Part shown: positions 50,833-63,411 of the stretch, in pieces
Numbering within the stretch: position 1 is the first letter of the stretch
Layout: the number at the start of each line of letters is the position of its first letter
Assembly: GCA_001938485.1 (NCBI GenBank)
Contig: MQRK01250698.1
Location: 11,518-75,517, forward strand
Direction: 5' to 3'
Source: Girardia tigrina
Lineage: Eukaryota
DNA length: 64,000 nucleotides
Program-made: the position numbers and the translations under genes
Notes under the pieces: generated by a model
What the model was told of the DNA's origin: nothing
Seen by the model: the letters and a program-made list of their open reading frames with translations, nothing else
Database searches by the model: none

Positions 50833-51064
50833 CCCTTAAATGCATGATTTTTTATTTTTTCATGAAATATTTGATGACAGCTAAAGAATTTTGACGTTTA
50901 TATCAATATTGGCGGGAGTTTTGACATGTTTTGTTATAATCGTCATAGACAAAAATGTACAAAGATAATTTATTTACAAAGGACAGCAATTATTTACACA
51001 AACTGGATGCATGGCACTTTCAAACGTTTGTTGTATCATTTTTGATACAAGATGCATTCAAGGG
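50833..51064. mobile_element. piggyBac-type MITE
   Basis: TTAA flanks; TIRs CCCTTAAATGCAT / ATGCATTCAAGGG. Confidence 0.75.
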
Positions 51065-51883
51065 TTAAAATATGCATTTAATAATTTAAATGGTTTATGT
51101 ATACTTAATAAAAATACACAAACATGCAGTATAGAAACAAGCGTTCAAAAACTTTTGCACTTGACTGTATGTACACAGGGTTAAAACCTGGTAACGATCA
51201 ACTCTAATAGAAAATAGACTGGGTGGCTTTTGCATGATGAGTGTCCATCGTCATATAATATACGAAATGCAAGAAGAATATTACACAAATGTTATTAACT
51301 GGTTTGCGTTAGAAAAGAGATGGTTGCAATTTCTTTTCACAGAATAATTTGAGGTTGTAAATAAAACACTTTTGAAAAAAATGCGTGTTCTGATAAATAT
51401 CAATTTGAATATTTTCTTTTTAATGTTGTTTATTGTGTAAGCTGGGGTTTATTAATGTGATTTATGATTTTTAAATTGATGAGAAGGAAAATAAATAAAT
51501 AAACAAATTGCTATTCTTAAAAAATTCTACCCAGTAGAAGTTTTAAAATTTGTCCCTCTAGAAAAATTCTACCTAAGGAAAGCTTTTATTTTGCCCGCTG
51601 GTAAAAAATCTTGCGGGTGCATAAGCATCAATTTCGACTTAACCAGTACCAAAATTTAGAACTAATATTATTTCATTAATGACATATATTTTTCGTAGAT
51701 TTATATAAATTTATCTTAGAAATTCCTTTTTTACTAGAATTATCATCTTCCTTTTATCCTTCTGTTAAATTGTTTATTAATTAATAGAATTTTATTAATA
51801 AGTGATTTTTTTATTTATAATATTAAACAAAAGGAGATTTTATAGTATAAATTATTTGTTCATAAGATCATCTTTCGCTACTA

Positions 51884-52096
51884 CAGTAAAACATCTCTAC
51901 AATGAGTTATTTGGGACCGAGAAAACTACCTCTCCAAGAGAAAAGTTGTTTATAGAGACGGAATGAATATAAATTAAATTAATGAATAATATGGATTCAT
52001 GAAGTTAATTTATATTCATTCCATCTCTATAAGCAACTTTTCTTATAGAGGCAGTTTTCTCGGTCCCAAATAACTCCTTACAGAGAGGTTTTACTG
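51884..52096. mobile_element. Tigger/pogo-type MITE (long hairpin)
   Basis: TA flanks, CAGTAAAAC...GTTTTACTG termini, ~92-bp inverted arms. Confidence 0.85.
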
Positions 52097-53699
52097 TACT
52101 ATTAAATGAGTAACCACAAAACATATGGATAATAAAATTATTAAATGTTTTCCTATGAATCTTAGTATTATTTTGATTATTTTTTAGAATTAATATTTTT
52201 GAATTTATTGTTAATTCTTTAAGTACTGTTGAACGTAGAAAACGTTCCTTTATAATAATTAATTTAATTTTCTTTTCTTGAAAATAATGCCCAAAATTGA
52301 TCAAACGAAAGTAGAGATTATTTTTTCTGAAGTTAATCTAGAATTATTTTACTGTGAATCGATTCAAATGTATTTCAAAATATATTATTGATTTATATTA
52401 AATATATTTTATGATATTTGTGTCTTTTAAAAATCTAGTTTAATAAGATTAAGAACAAGACGGAATAACATAAAACAAAAAATTTTCTTTGGTTTTATTT
52501 TTTAAGCATTTTTCACGATTCAAGTTACACAACAAAACCAACAATATAAAACATAAAATATATCAGTACTAAATTGAATTAAAAAGAAAATATGAATTAT
52601 TAAAATTATGATTATTTTCTTTGGAAAATAATTTAAAGTTTTTGTAAAAAATTGATTATTGTAAATACTTCCATTATCAGCAATTATATTTGTTAGTTAC
52701 TATTTTTATGTTACTGTCTTTAAATTTATTTTAAAAAGGGAACAAATTATTTAGTTTTTTTAGTTAATTTAAGATTGTATTGGATAGTAAATGCAAAATG
52801 TAAAGAAATAATATTAATTTATTAAAAAATAATTTAAAAATTTATTATTATTTTTAATCTTATCAGCAATTAATCATAATTGCCAACTTCGCTCAATTAG
52901 AGGAACGATAACATGCTCTTCTCAGGCTTTCGACCTGATAAGGCATGAGTAAGTCGACAGACCAAAATGATTTCATTTTTTTATTTTATTTTTAAAGTAT
53001 TTTTTATAATAATCTAAATAGTAATAATGAAATAAAATTAAAATTATAATAATAATAAAATAATATTAATAAATAATAATAATAATGAAAGATATTATAA
53101 TAAAATGGTACAATTAATAGTAATATTGTTAGGGCCCGGAAATAAAATATACAAAAAATTTAAAAATTAATACTTAAGCTTCCTGAAAATAAATTATAAA
53201 ATATTTATTAAATTAAAACAAATAAGTTGGTTAATCCCTTCATAACTTCCCTTTTGTTTGAGCTCTGGGCTCAGAGACTTGGGGTGGTTACTAGGGAGTA
53301 AATAGGTTTTATTATACAACATGTTTCATTTTAGTATTATTTATTGTTTCATAAAGATTACTATTATTATTGTTCTTATTGTTAATTATTATTATTATTA
53401 TTGTTATTATTATTATTATTAACAACATCAATATGGGTTTTACATTTATTAATATCACAAGTGCATTCCCTATTTGACATTTTTCTTGATCGATATATTT
53501 CTGAGTTCATACTAATTATTTTCAATAAATGAAAATCTATTAATAGAAATTATTAATTATAACAATCTAATTGGTTAAAATTAAATCTAAAAATTTAAAA
53601 AAAAACATAAAATTAATATATTAATAAATTAAATATAATTTTTTTTAAAAAAAAGTACATATTAAATTAATATATTTAAATGTTAAATTACATTAAAAA

Positions 53700-55737
53700 A
53701 TAAATAATACATTCAAAAAATATTTTAAACCTTTTTACTTTAAAATTAAATTAAATTATTTTTAATTAGTAGGAATCAAAGAAAATACCAATCATCCATC
53801 TGTGTAGGAGATGCATATTCCGAATCAACATAAAACATGCACAATATCAACACACAATTCAAAACATTCCTCACATCCCTCTCGGTTTAAATGGCTTTAG
53901 CCATTCAACATTTCTTATCAAAATTCTACCATCTTCAAGATGTAACTCGTAACTCATCTCGTGATTTCGTTTCAACACAATTGCCGGACCTATGTAACGG
54001 TCATCTTCTTTTGATATATTTTCTTTTTTTATCAACACTCTGTCTCCAACTTCAAAAACTCTTCTTGTCTCCACATTTTGTTCGACATTAACTTGGTTTC
54101 CGTTAGTTTCTTTATTGTTCTTCCACCAATGTCTACATCGTCTCGCAAATATTATTTCAGTCGGTGAAAAACCTGTCGCAGCTTTTACTGCACTATTCAA
54201 CATAAATTCTATTTCCAACAAAACTTCTATCCAATCTCTGTGGTTTTCGTCTTTCATTCTAATATTTATAGCATCTCTGATTGTTCGAAATTGTCTTTCC
54301 ACTATCTCATTTGTATTATGATGATAAGGACTTGAATAGATTATCTCGACTTTAAACCTTTTAAGTGTATCTTTGAACAAAGCCGATTCACATGTTTTTC
54401 CTCTATCAACATAGATCTCTTTTGGAGGGCCAAATTTCCATATCAACCTACGAACTGTTTTTTCATCTTGACTAGCAACTGCATTCACGCTAATATATCT
54501 ACTGAATTGGTCTACTATTGCAAGTACGTATTGATATCCGTTTATGCTTCTTTTGAATGGTCCACAGAAGTCCATGTATATTTTCTGGAAAGGTTCATCT
54601 GCCGACAACTTTATATGTTTTCTTTTGTTTTCGCTGTTAACGTCTTTCTTTTTTTGACAATTTAAACAACTTTGAACTATTTCTTTAATGAAATTTCTCA
54701 TATTTTCCATGTCAAAATCTTGTCGAAGATAGTTATAGACTTTTTTACTACCAGCATGGCATAATAGTTTGTGCATCTCTTCAATAAAATCTGTTCGTTT
54801 TTCTTTGGGGATCCAGTATTCATTGTCCTGAGTTGCCACGACGTCATTTTTTAGTGTCCATTTCCTCGTTTTCCATTTTCTGATATCTTCAACAATTTGT
54901 TTTATTTCTTCATTATTATTTTGCCATTTGAAACCCTCTGACTCTTCGTTCAATGCAAGAATTCTCGACTTGATCTTTCCTTTCTTGGCTTCTTCATGCA
55001 TCGTCTGACATTGGCTACACAATTCGCAAGAATTTCTAGACATCGCGTCAGCATTTGAATGTTTCTCACCTTTCCGATATTCTACTTTCATGTCAAGGCC
55101 ACTAAGAAAATTTATCCATGTCTGAAACTGTGGTGTAATAGGGTTTTTCGTAGTCATCATAAAAGTGATAGCTTTATGATCCGTTCGTAACAAAAATCTT
55201 TTCCCATATAAAAAATGTTTAAAATGTTTAGTGAAATAATAAATTGCAAGTAGTTCTTTCCTTGTTATGCAATATCCAAGTTCATGTTTATTCATTTTAT
55301 GGGAACTATATGCAATTACTCTTTCTCTTCCACACATGTCTTTCTGTGATAGCACCGCTCCTATTGTATCAAAACTTGGATCTGTATCGAGTATAAAGTC
55401 TTTTGAAAAATCAGGGTATGCAAAAAAATAGGTGTCTTAATCATTCTTTCTTTTAAATTTTGAAAAGCTTCATCACATTCTTCAGTCTAAATCAGTTTTT
55501 TATCCTTGCTCTTACCGCATAAGCCTTCTAAAACCTTTGCATATCCTTTATGAATTTCCTGTAGTAATTCGTCAAACCCAAAAAGCTTCTTAAATGTTTG
55601 ATACATGATGGGTTTTGAAATTTTCAAATTGCACCAATCTTTGTTTTTTCTGTCTCAATACCTTCTTTACTTATGACATATCCTAAAACTTTCGTTTTTT
55701 CTACTAGGAATTGACATTTCTCTGGATTTATTTTCGA
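53700..55737 (-). mobile_element. Ty3/Gypsy copy 3 (5'-truncated within RT; RH-IN, PPT, LTR from 53875)
   Basis: INPEKCQF, RNase H and integrase fragments, KPFKPRGM*; LTR start TGTGAGGAATG; LTR far end approximate. Confidence 0.93.
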
Positions 55738-55828
55738 CCTACCTAATATTATTAAGTTATTATAAAAAATTTTTTTAAATAAATAAATATAAATGGAACT
55801 TACTTTGATAAAAAAAATGAAAATGGAT

Positions 55829-56097
55829 TGAGCCGATCTGCTCACTCATTTTGTGAAATTAAATGGGCGATAACGCCCTTCATATGAAATGATTAAAATG
55901 TCGAAGTCGACATTTTAATCACAAAGGCATTTATGCCGATGGATATTGTTATCAATGGGCAAATAAGCCCAAACAAACATAATAATAATTAATAATACGA
56001 GCAATTATGCCCAATTTAAATTAAACAAATTTTTTATTTAAATTTTTATTTAAATTATTTATATTTTTTAATAATTTAAAAACGGGTATAAATACCC
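55829..56097. repeat. Cluster of short palindromes/hairpins
   Basis: GGGCG-ATAA-CGCCC, TGATTAAAATGTCGA-AG-TCGACATTTTAATCA, GGCAT-TT-ATGCC, TGGGC-AAATAA-GCCCA, GGGTAT-AA-ATACCC. Confidence 0.7.
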
Positions 56098-58340
56098 CAA
56101 AATTTTAAAATAAAAACATGCAATCACACATAAATAAGTAACATAATAAAAAACTTATAAAATAGAAAATCTATTATTTTTAAGAAAGGAAAATTATTAA
56201 CAGAAGATATTTTGGAACCCTCCATAGTTATCCATACGTTGTATTATTCGGAAGAATTTTGTGATTCAATTGAATAAAGTTTTAAATCAGATTTCCTTTG
56301 AGTTTTTACTACTATTAATATTTTGAAACCAATCTCCGGCTAGATTTATTCTGATTGATACCTCAAGAGAGGGTAAATCAAATTAATATACTGAATTCAA
56401 AGTTGGAAGAACCTTTTGTAAAAGGAGTCAGATATTTACGATTTTATTTTAAATTTAATTCAATTTTTATTTTAATTCAATAAAGTTTTATTTCGAAAAC
56501 CCAACAATATGAATTATTTAAAAAATAATAATAATAATAATTTTAAAAATAATAATTATAATAATAATAATAATTGTCATCACAATTTCATAGAAATCAG
56601 AGTAATCAAAATAATTATTAATAAAAATACCAAATACTAAAAAAAATAATAATATTAATAGTTATAATAAAAATTTTGAAATACAATTATATTTTAATTA
56701 AACGGTATTCTTGTTCAAACAAAGGGAAGTTAAAATGGGATCGATTGTCACTTAATTTTCATCATTTATTAATTAATTTATATTATTTAAAAAAACTAAT
56801 ATTTCCTTTCGGGGTAAGGATAGAAATAGCTTTTTCAAAATATATGATACTTTCAACTTTCAGGATCTCAACATTAATAATAAAAAAACTATTTTTAGAT
56901 GTTTCCAACACTTATTTTAATGTTTATAATGTGTTAGCGTGCTACGTCACAATAGCAGTAAAAGGCTAAAAATTAGTGATGAGAAGATGATTGTAAAACG
57001 GTAGAGATATTTCTCATAAAAATTTTTTTGAAATTGCCATTTTTTTTAATTTATTGATAAAAAATCCTTTAAACAACATTTTTAAAATTTGCAAATCAAT
57101 CAAAAATTTTGATCAAATTCAAATCAAATCGCAATATCATAAATCGATAAATTAAATGAATTATTTTAAAAATTCTCTTCTAGAATTTTTATGGAACGTT
57201 TTACTTTAATTTTGATTAAACTATTAAATCAAAAGATAATAATATCCCTGCTTTAAGCGGGCAGAACTGTACTTGGTCAAGAGAATTCTTAATTGCAAAA
57301 TAGAGTTTTAAAAATTTTTGGTATAATAATTATATAATATAAAATAAATAGAAAAAGTCATAAATTAAATCACCAAAATATTATATTGATAAGCATAAAA
57401 CGACATGAAAATCATTAAATCATATGGATTATAATCTGTAAATACCAACATGGAATTTCCAACAGGGAACGAATTTATGGTGTTTAATATACACTTCGCC
57501 CTCTTCTTTTAAAAAAATCCATAAAAACACCTGAGACAGACTTAAAATAAAAGTTTTTACAAAAAAATATACACATCATTTCATAATCGTATGAAAAAAA
57601 ACTGCATAAAAAGAGGACCAATACATTAATTGTATATATAAAGTAAGTTAAACATAAAGCGTGGGAAAAAACATTTCTATTTAAAGCAGTTTAAACATTT
57701 GTAGATAATTCTAAAACGTTTTTTTGCAAAGAAACGCTTTTTTATTTACTACTTTGATCAAATTTTCACATAATCATTTATTGTCATCAAGAATGAGTAA
57801 GTGTGCAAATTTTGGAGAAGATTGATTGAGTAAAAAGCCTTCAAAAATAAGTTTCTAAATTCCATGGATCCATATATATTTCTTAACAAATTTTAAGTGG
57901 TTTAAGTTATTTCTGTTAATCATAATTCTGACAAATATTCAGTGTTTGATACAGACTTTTTTGTTTTATTTTTGTTATTATATTTTAAATTTATTCATAA
58001 AAAAAATCATTTCTATAAAATTTAAAAAATTTCAAATCAATTAAAAAATGTTATCACATTTAAGTCGAATTGCAGCATCGTCAATCGATAAATAGACTTA
58101 TTTTACCAAATTCTCATTTGGAATTTAATTTTGATTTAAAAAATAATCAAAGAAACGAAAAAAAAATAAAACTAGAAAAGCGAAACATAAATTTATTTTT
58201 AAAAAATCTTTAAACATTTAATAATATAAATTCACATTTAAATAATCCATTTTCCGTAAATTTAAATAAAAACGTCATTAAAAAATTAAGACATTTATCA
58301 ATAAATATTCGATTCATTAAAACAAGGAGATAAACGATTC

Positions 58341-58715
58341 TTAATTCTTCGTTCGCGGTGTCGATAATCCAAATTTTGATTTCAAATTTTGAAGCTCTTC
58401 ATTTTTCTTTGTGTAATCGACTTTCTTAAAGACTTTGGTCGGCTGATAATACGAGATGCAAATGTATCGATTGCAAACATTGAATCCCGTCAGATGGTCG
58501 CACGCGTTTTGCGCATCATAAATATCTTCATAAACGATAAACGCTTTTCCTTTGTTATCATTGCTATTTCCGACACGAATTTGCCGGATCGGTCCGTATT
58601 TGCCAAATATATCGTACATTTCGTCGTCACGTAACTCATATGGGAGATTACTGACCATTAATATACGACTAACATTTGGGGGCAATTTTGTGACGCGCTT
58701 ATTACTTAATGCCAT
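58341..58715 (-). CDS. SF3B6: Splicing factor 3B subunit 6 (SF3b14/p14), intronless, 124 aa from ATG 58715
   Basis: [47 protein letters not shown] match p14. Confidence 0.93.
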   Translation of the reverse strand: MALSNKRVTKLPPNVSRILMVSNLPYELRDDEMYDIFGKYGPIRQIRVGNSNDNKGKAFIVYEDIYDAQNACDHLTGFNVCNRYICISYYQPTKVFKKVDYTKKNEELQNLKSKFGLSTPRTKN

Positions 58716-58904
58716 TGTTAACAAAAAATATTGATTAATCGTCTATTATTTAAACAAATATTGATTTTTTTAAAGAAAAATCAATTGAATTTATTGATTT
58801 TCTGAATTTAAATTATTTTTCATATATTTATTGAAATCAATTTCAACTTGTTCTTAAATTTTTAATACAATGGAGTATTGATTTAGTGTTTATAATATTA
58901 TTTT

Positions 58905-60405
58905 TATAATTAAAGTTCATTTTAAAATTAGAAAAAAAACTATTTTACGTTTTTTATTGAATAAGGAAATATTGATTGAATAAAATTTTATTTTTTTAAT
59001 TAAGTTTAATCACAATTCAAGACTAACATTTTTAAATATGGTTTTAAAAAACAGATTTACTAAACTTTTCAAATTGAAAATATTAAATTTTTTATAAATG
59101 CTAAATAAAATTTAAGGAAGTGTAATTTTTAGAGCTTATAAACATCGGGGAGGAACCAAAGTTTTTTTTACAGAATAGGTGGCAAGATTTAGTATTGATA
59201 AAACTTTTATAATAAAAGTTAATTTTAAAATTAAAAAAAACTGTTTGACGTTTTTTATTAAATTAGACAATTTAATTCAGTTCGAAATTTTTATTTAATA
59301 ATAAAATATTGATTGAATAAAATTTTAACTTTTTATTAAATTTTAATCACAATTGAAGTGATTGAATTAAAAATTTTTAAGTATAGTTAAAAAAAAAGAT
59401 TTACTAAATTTTTATCATTGAAAATAATTTAATTTAATTGAAACCAGGGCTCGAATTGAGCCGGGATGTGGCGTTATGCCATACCGTCACTTGTTTTTGA
59501 GGCGGTATGACATACCGGCACTTATTTGATTTTAAGGCAGTATGATTTTTAAGGGGAATACCGGCACTTGTTTTTCCTAAGGTTTATAAATTGGAAAGCA
59601 TTTATTAAGGAATGAATTATATGGCGACGCCTCCGTCTCACCTCAACTGCTGTATATGATGCCTCACACAAACAAACGCACACACAAGCACAGCATAATG
59701 TAAGCAGGAGTGTCACTACCACTAACGACTAACCGTAATGTCTTACTCTCTCTTTCTATCGCCCCCTGCCACCGCTATCTCTCTCACATATACACAAACC
59801 TCACACACGAGTGTGTGCGCTGTAGATAGAGTAGTAGATACATCGGGGTAGTGGAAAGGATACCGACGTTGGTGTCGATTGCATTTACAAAATATGTCAG
59901 CTCTAGACAGTTTATTGTTGACTGGACACTTATAGAGATCTGTAGTTACTATAGTTACCATTACACACGCTGGTGAATATCTTTATTGTGTAGTCAATAA
60001 GATTTAAACGGAGAATGGTTTTTGGTTTCCCTCAGGATTCGTTAATGTGTGGGGGTTGTATACAATTTTGGGTGAGCGGAAATGAAAAGAAACCCCTGTT
60101 TTTTTAAATATATTAAAAAATCGGGGAGGGGGCGTGGGAGTTGACGTTAGGGTGTTGGCGTTGGGCAGCGGAGGAGCAAAATCACTGTATGGCCGGTTTC
60201 CGCATACCGGCACTTATTTTTTCCCACTTTGAGCACTGATTGAAACTTAATTTAATTTAAAATACTAAATAAAATTTAAGGAAGTGTAATTTTTTAGAGC
60301 TTATAAACTTCAGGGAGGAGCAAAAGTTTGTTTTAGAAAATGTGACCAGATTTATTATTCACAATATTTTTTCAGTATTAAAGTTGATTTTAAAATTTAA
60401 AAAAT
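58905..60405 (+). repeat. Tandem duplication of a ~300-bp AT-rich unit upstream of SF3B6, second unit split by a hAT MITE
   Basis: AAATATTGATTGAATAAAATTTTA at ~58968 and ~59304; AAATTTAAGGAAGTGTAATTTT..GAGCTTATAAAC at ~59108 and ~60272. Confidence 0.7.
59445..60238. mobile_element. Non-autonomous hAT element (794 bp)
   Basis: Exact 8-bp TSD ATTGAAAC; TIRs CAGGGCTCGAA / TTTGAGCACTG; subterminal ATACCG(G/T)CACTT repeated four times. Confidence 0.9.
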
Positions 60406-62179
60406 AGTAAATTTTTGATGTAAATTGATTAAGTTAAAAATTTTATTTTAATAAATGTCAATTGGCGTATCACTCACTCAAATAATCAAATGGTTCAACT
60501 AATCAATTGATGGACGAGTGTCAGAATTTGTGATAGAGAGTGAACAATTTATATAATAAATATAGTGTCACTAAGTGGATAACAATTTTTCTATCTGTTC
60601 GAATTTATTTTAAAATCGACAATTTTCCGTTGGTACTAACTTTCCTAATTATTTTAGTACGAGTTCTTAAAATCATTTCTCTTTATGCTTTTAAATATTA
60701 ATACTTTCAATCGCCTGAATTTTTTATAACTTTTCAATTTCGAATTACGTTTATATTACTGTATCCTTTTCTTCAGTTTTTTTCTATTCTCTGTTCATTT
60801 CTATAATATTTATATTTCTTAATAGTTTTTAAACATATATTTAAAAATTTTGAGTTAATGTTTGATTAGCTATACAAAAAAGTGAGCTGGATGACTTGTA
60901 GTCCATCATTAGTATAAATGATTGATTTGAAATTAATTTAAATTAGAATTGTTTAAAAAAATTTCACTTTTCGTTATATTTTAATCATAATTAAAAATTT
61001 AATTTTTTCTGTTATGATTTTCTAATAAAGATTTAAAAATTTTTGAAACTAAAAATATATATATTTTAATTAATAAAGATTAAATTCTTATCATTATTAT
61101 GGATTTAATATTTTTTAATTAAGATTTTCTAATAAAGATTTACAAATGCTTAAAAATAAAAATATATTTTTTAATTAATAGAAATGGAAACCAAAATTAA
61201 GAGACATTACAAATGCATCGGTCGACCCTCACTCAATTGAACCTTAAATAATAAATGGACTTTTGTTATGTTGCGCCCGTGCCTTTCGAATTCGTCATCT
61301 CCCCACACCTTGTTATGAAGAGCTTGCAGTTTAACGACATTTTAGATAAATCAATACAACTCGACATATAATACCAACAAGCACTCGTCATAGAATGAAG
61401 CGAAAACCAAAATTTGTATAAGTGTTTATTGACATCAAATTGTCATTTTAAACATAGTTGCTGTCGTTGTCATCGTGTTTTTGTTGACTGTCTTAAGAAA
61501 TAACTCGACGATCAAATAAAAGCATAAGCCCATAATTATCTCTGAGGTTAGCTGTGGATGCTTATGCACCAATTTGGCGTCGAAAATACGCCCAAAGTAG
61601 CCATTGCCACCTGAGATTAAGAGGCATATCCATAATAGCCAAAGACTCCGTCTTATTATCCGTCAGAGTCCTTTGGAAGACCGAAAAAATCGAGTTAATA
61701 TCACAAATTAATTAAAAGATAAAAATCCCCTTAAAATCACAAAAATCGGATGATCGTGATTCACCAGTAACTTACGATTGATAATCACCGTCTGGTTACA
61801 GAAATTTGGATTGTTCTAGTAGGTATGAGTCAGAACAAATCATCATCGGACAAAATAAATAACTGTGTAAAGTTAGCAACCCTCACATGAATCAGTAAAC
61901 AAATTGTTGGCCCACATAGTCAGCACGGCATGGTAAATTGAAATCAAACTGTTAACAAATCTGTGGACCGTTGCTTTCCTGTGAAGTGTCTTTCTAGACC
62001 AGTGGAGCGAAAAATTGTTCTAATAATCATGATTAAAAATAGAAATAAGAAAACCAATTAGAATGATGACAAACGATAAAATGACTTATCGAAAGTCAAA
62101 ATGAATCTAGATGTGATTGTAATAACAATTCAAACGAGACTTTTCTAAATGTTCTAAATATAAATAATCGTTAAAAGTG

Positions 62180-63411
62180 CACGGTAGACATTTTTCGACT
62201 CAATTATGGACATCAGTCCGCATCCCTTGCATAATCACATATTTGTTGTGGTTGGCTGTTAGTTGTGTTTTGCGCTTGTTTGCATGTTTTTGTGTTTCTA
62301 TTTGTTGTAATGTCGTGTTTGGGTTGGTTTACTGGTTTTTTAAATTCATCGGCAAAATGTACGTATTTTTATGTATTTGTGATTAAGTTGGAGTAACGGT
62401 TGTTTGTCAATTTCTGTATGATTTTCGTTTTTAGTATAGGTGCTGTGTGCTTGTGAGTATTGTTTTTTGGTGCGATGTTCTGTAGTAGTTTGTTTTAGCA
62501 GTCAATGAGGATGCCGAAATGCCTGAACAAATCGGCTCCTAAGATCGGGAATTCAACGTCTGCCACTATGAACGTCCAAGTAAAAGGTTGTTCGAAAGAT
62601 GGTAGGGTAAAATACAGTATTGTGGATCCTGTTGTTCGAATCGGTGACCCATTTGCTGCTCTGAGGACGTCAAGATTGTGGGAAGTCTGCTCTGGTCGGA
62701 ACGAGAGTGGTAGGAGTGATACTGCGGAACCACAGTCTACGAGAAAGTTTATTTTCGGGTGTTTGGTGGTGGCTTCGGTAAAGAAGACTTCTGAGGAGCT
62801 CGGGTCTATAAGCGATACGGTGATCGGTCGGATCAGGTTTGGAAGCATCTCGGTAGCGCAAGGTGTCGGTCAAATGCGGTCTGAAAACGCCTCTGTGGCG
62901 CTTGGCACCGGTTGGATCCGGTCTTGAAGCGCATCGGTAGTGCTGGGTGTCGGTCAAATGCGGTCTGAATGCGCCTCGGTGGCGCTTGGTGCCTGTCGCA
63001 TCCGGTCGTAAAGCACCTCGATGATGTTTGGTGCCTGTCGTATCCGGTTTGGAAGCGCTTCAGTAATGTTTGGTGCCGGTCGGCTCCGGTCTGGAAGCGC
63101 TTCAGTGGCGCTTGGCGTCCGTCGGTATCTCGTCTGTCAGATGCGGCGGGGTCGCCGTCCGCCGTCGTCCGGTCGGTCCGCGTTTCGCGGTCGCGCTCGC
63201 TCGTGACGACATTGGATCGCCCGGTCGGTCTGCGTGTCGCGGGCGCGTTTGCTCGTGACAACATTGGATCACCCGGTCGTTGTCGACCGGAGTGGTGTTT
63301 CAGACGTATTGTGGGCGTTGTCGGACGGCTGTCGGAATACTGAAGTCTGTGAACCGACTTTCAAGTGTCGGTTGCTGTCGGTATTCGATCGGTTCAGTTT
63401 TTCTGACACCA
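62180..63411 (-). mobile_element. Second Gypsy-like retroelement fragment: PBS-like site, GC-rich repeat region, aspartic protease
   Basis: TGGTGTCAGAA at 63411-63401; protease FLVDCGSAVSLLP...LRAANGS...PILGADL (62495-62848). Confidence 0.75.
62826..63125 (-). repeat. 42-bp GC-rich tandem repeat (~7 degenerate units)
   Basis: Translates as 14-aa units FQTGADRHQTLLKR, FQTGYDRHQTSSRC, FTTGCDRHQAPPRR, IQTAFDRHPALPMR, FKTGSNRCQAPQRR, FQTAFDRHLALPRC. Confidence 0.85.

Larger units (their letters stand above)
49907..51625. mobile_element. Old non-autonomous hAT element carrying nested insertions
   Basis: 8-bp flanks CATCAAAT/CATCAATT; degenerate TIRs (CATAGGCGACAACAAG / CTTGCGGGTGCATAAG). Confidence 0.55.

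Noticed and set aside
52921-52965. Hammerhead-like CTGATAAG...GTCGACAG
   Set aside because: Both catalytic boxes deviate (no CUGANGA, GACA instead of GAAA); at best a dead relic.
53020-53420. (AAT)n/(ATT)n tracts as an inverted-repeat element
   Set aside because: Ordinary low-complexity microsatellites in an AT-rich genome.
62826-63125. CRISPR-like array
   Set aside because: Contiguous degenerate 42-bp units with no unique spacers; eukaryotic retroelement context and no cas genes.
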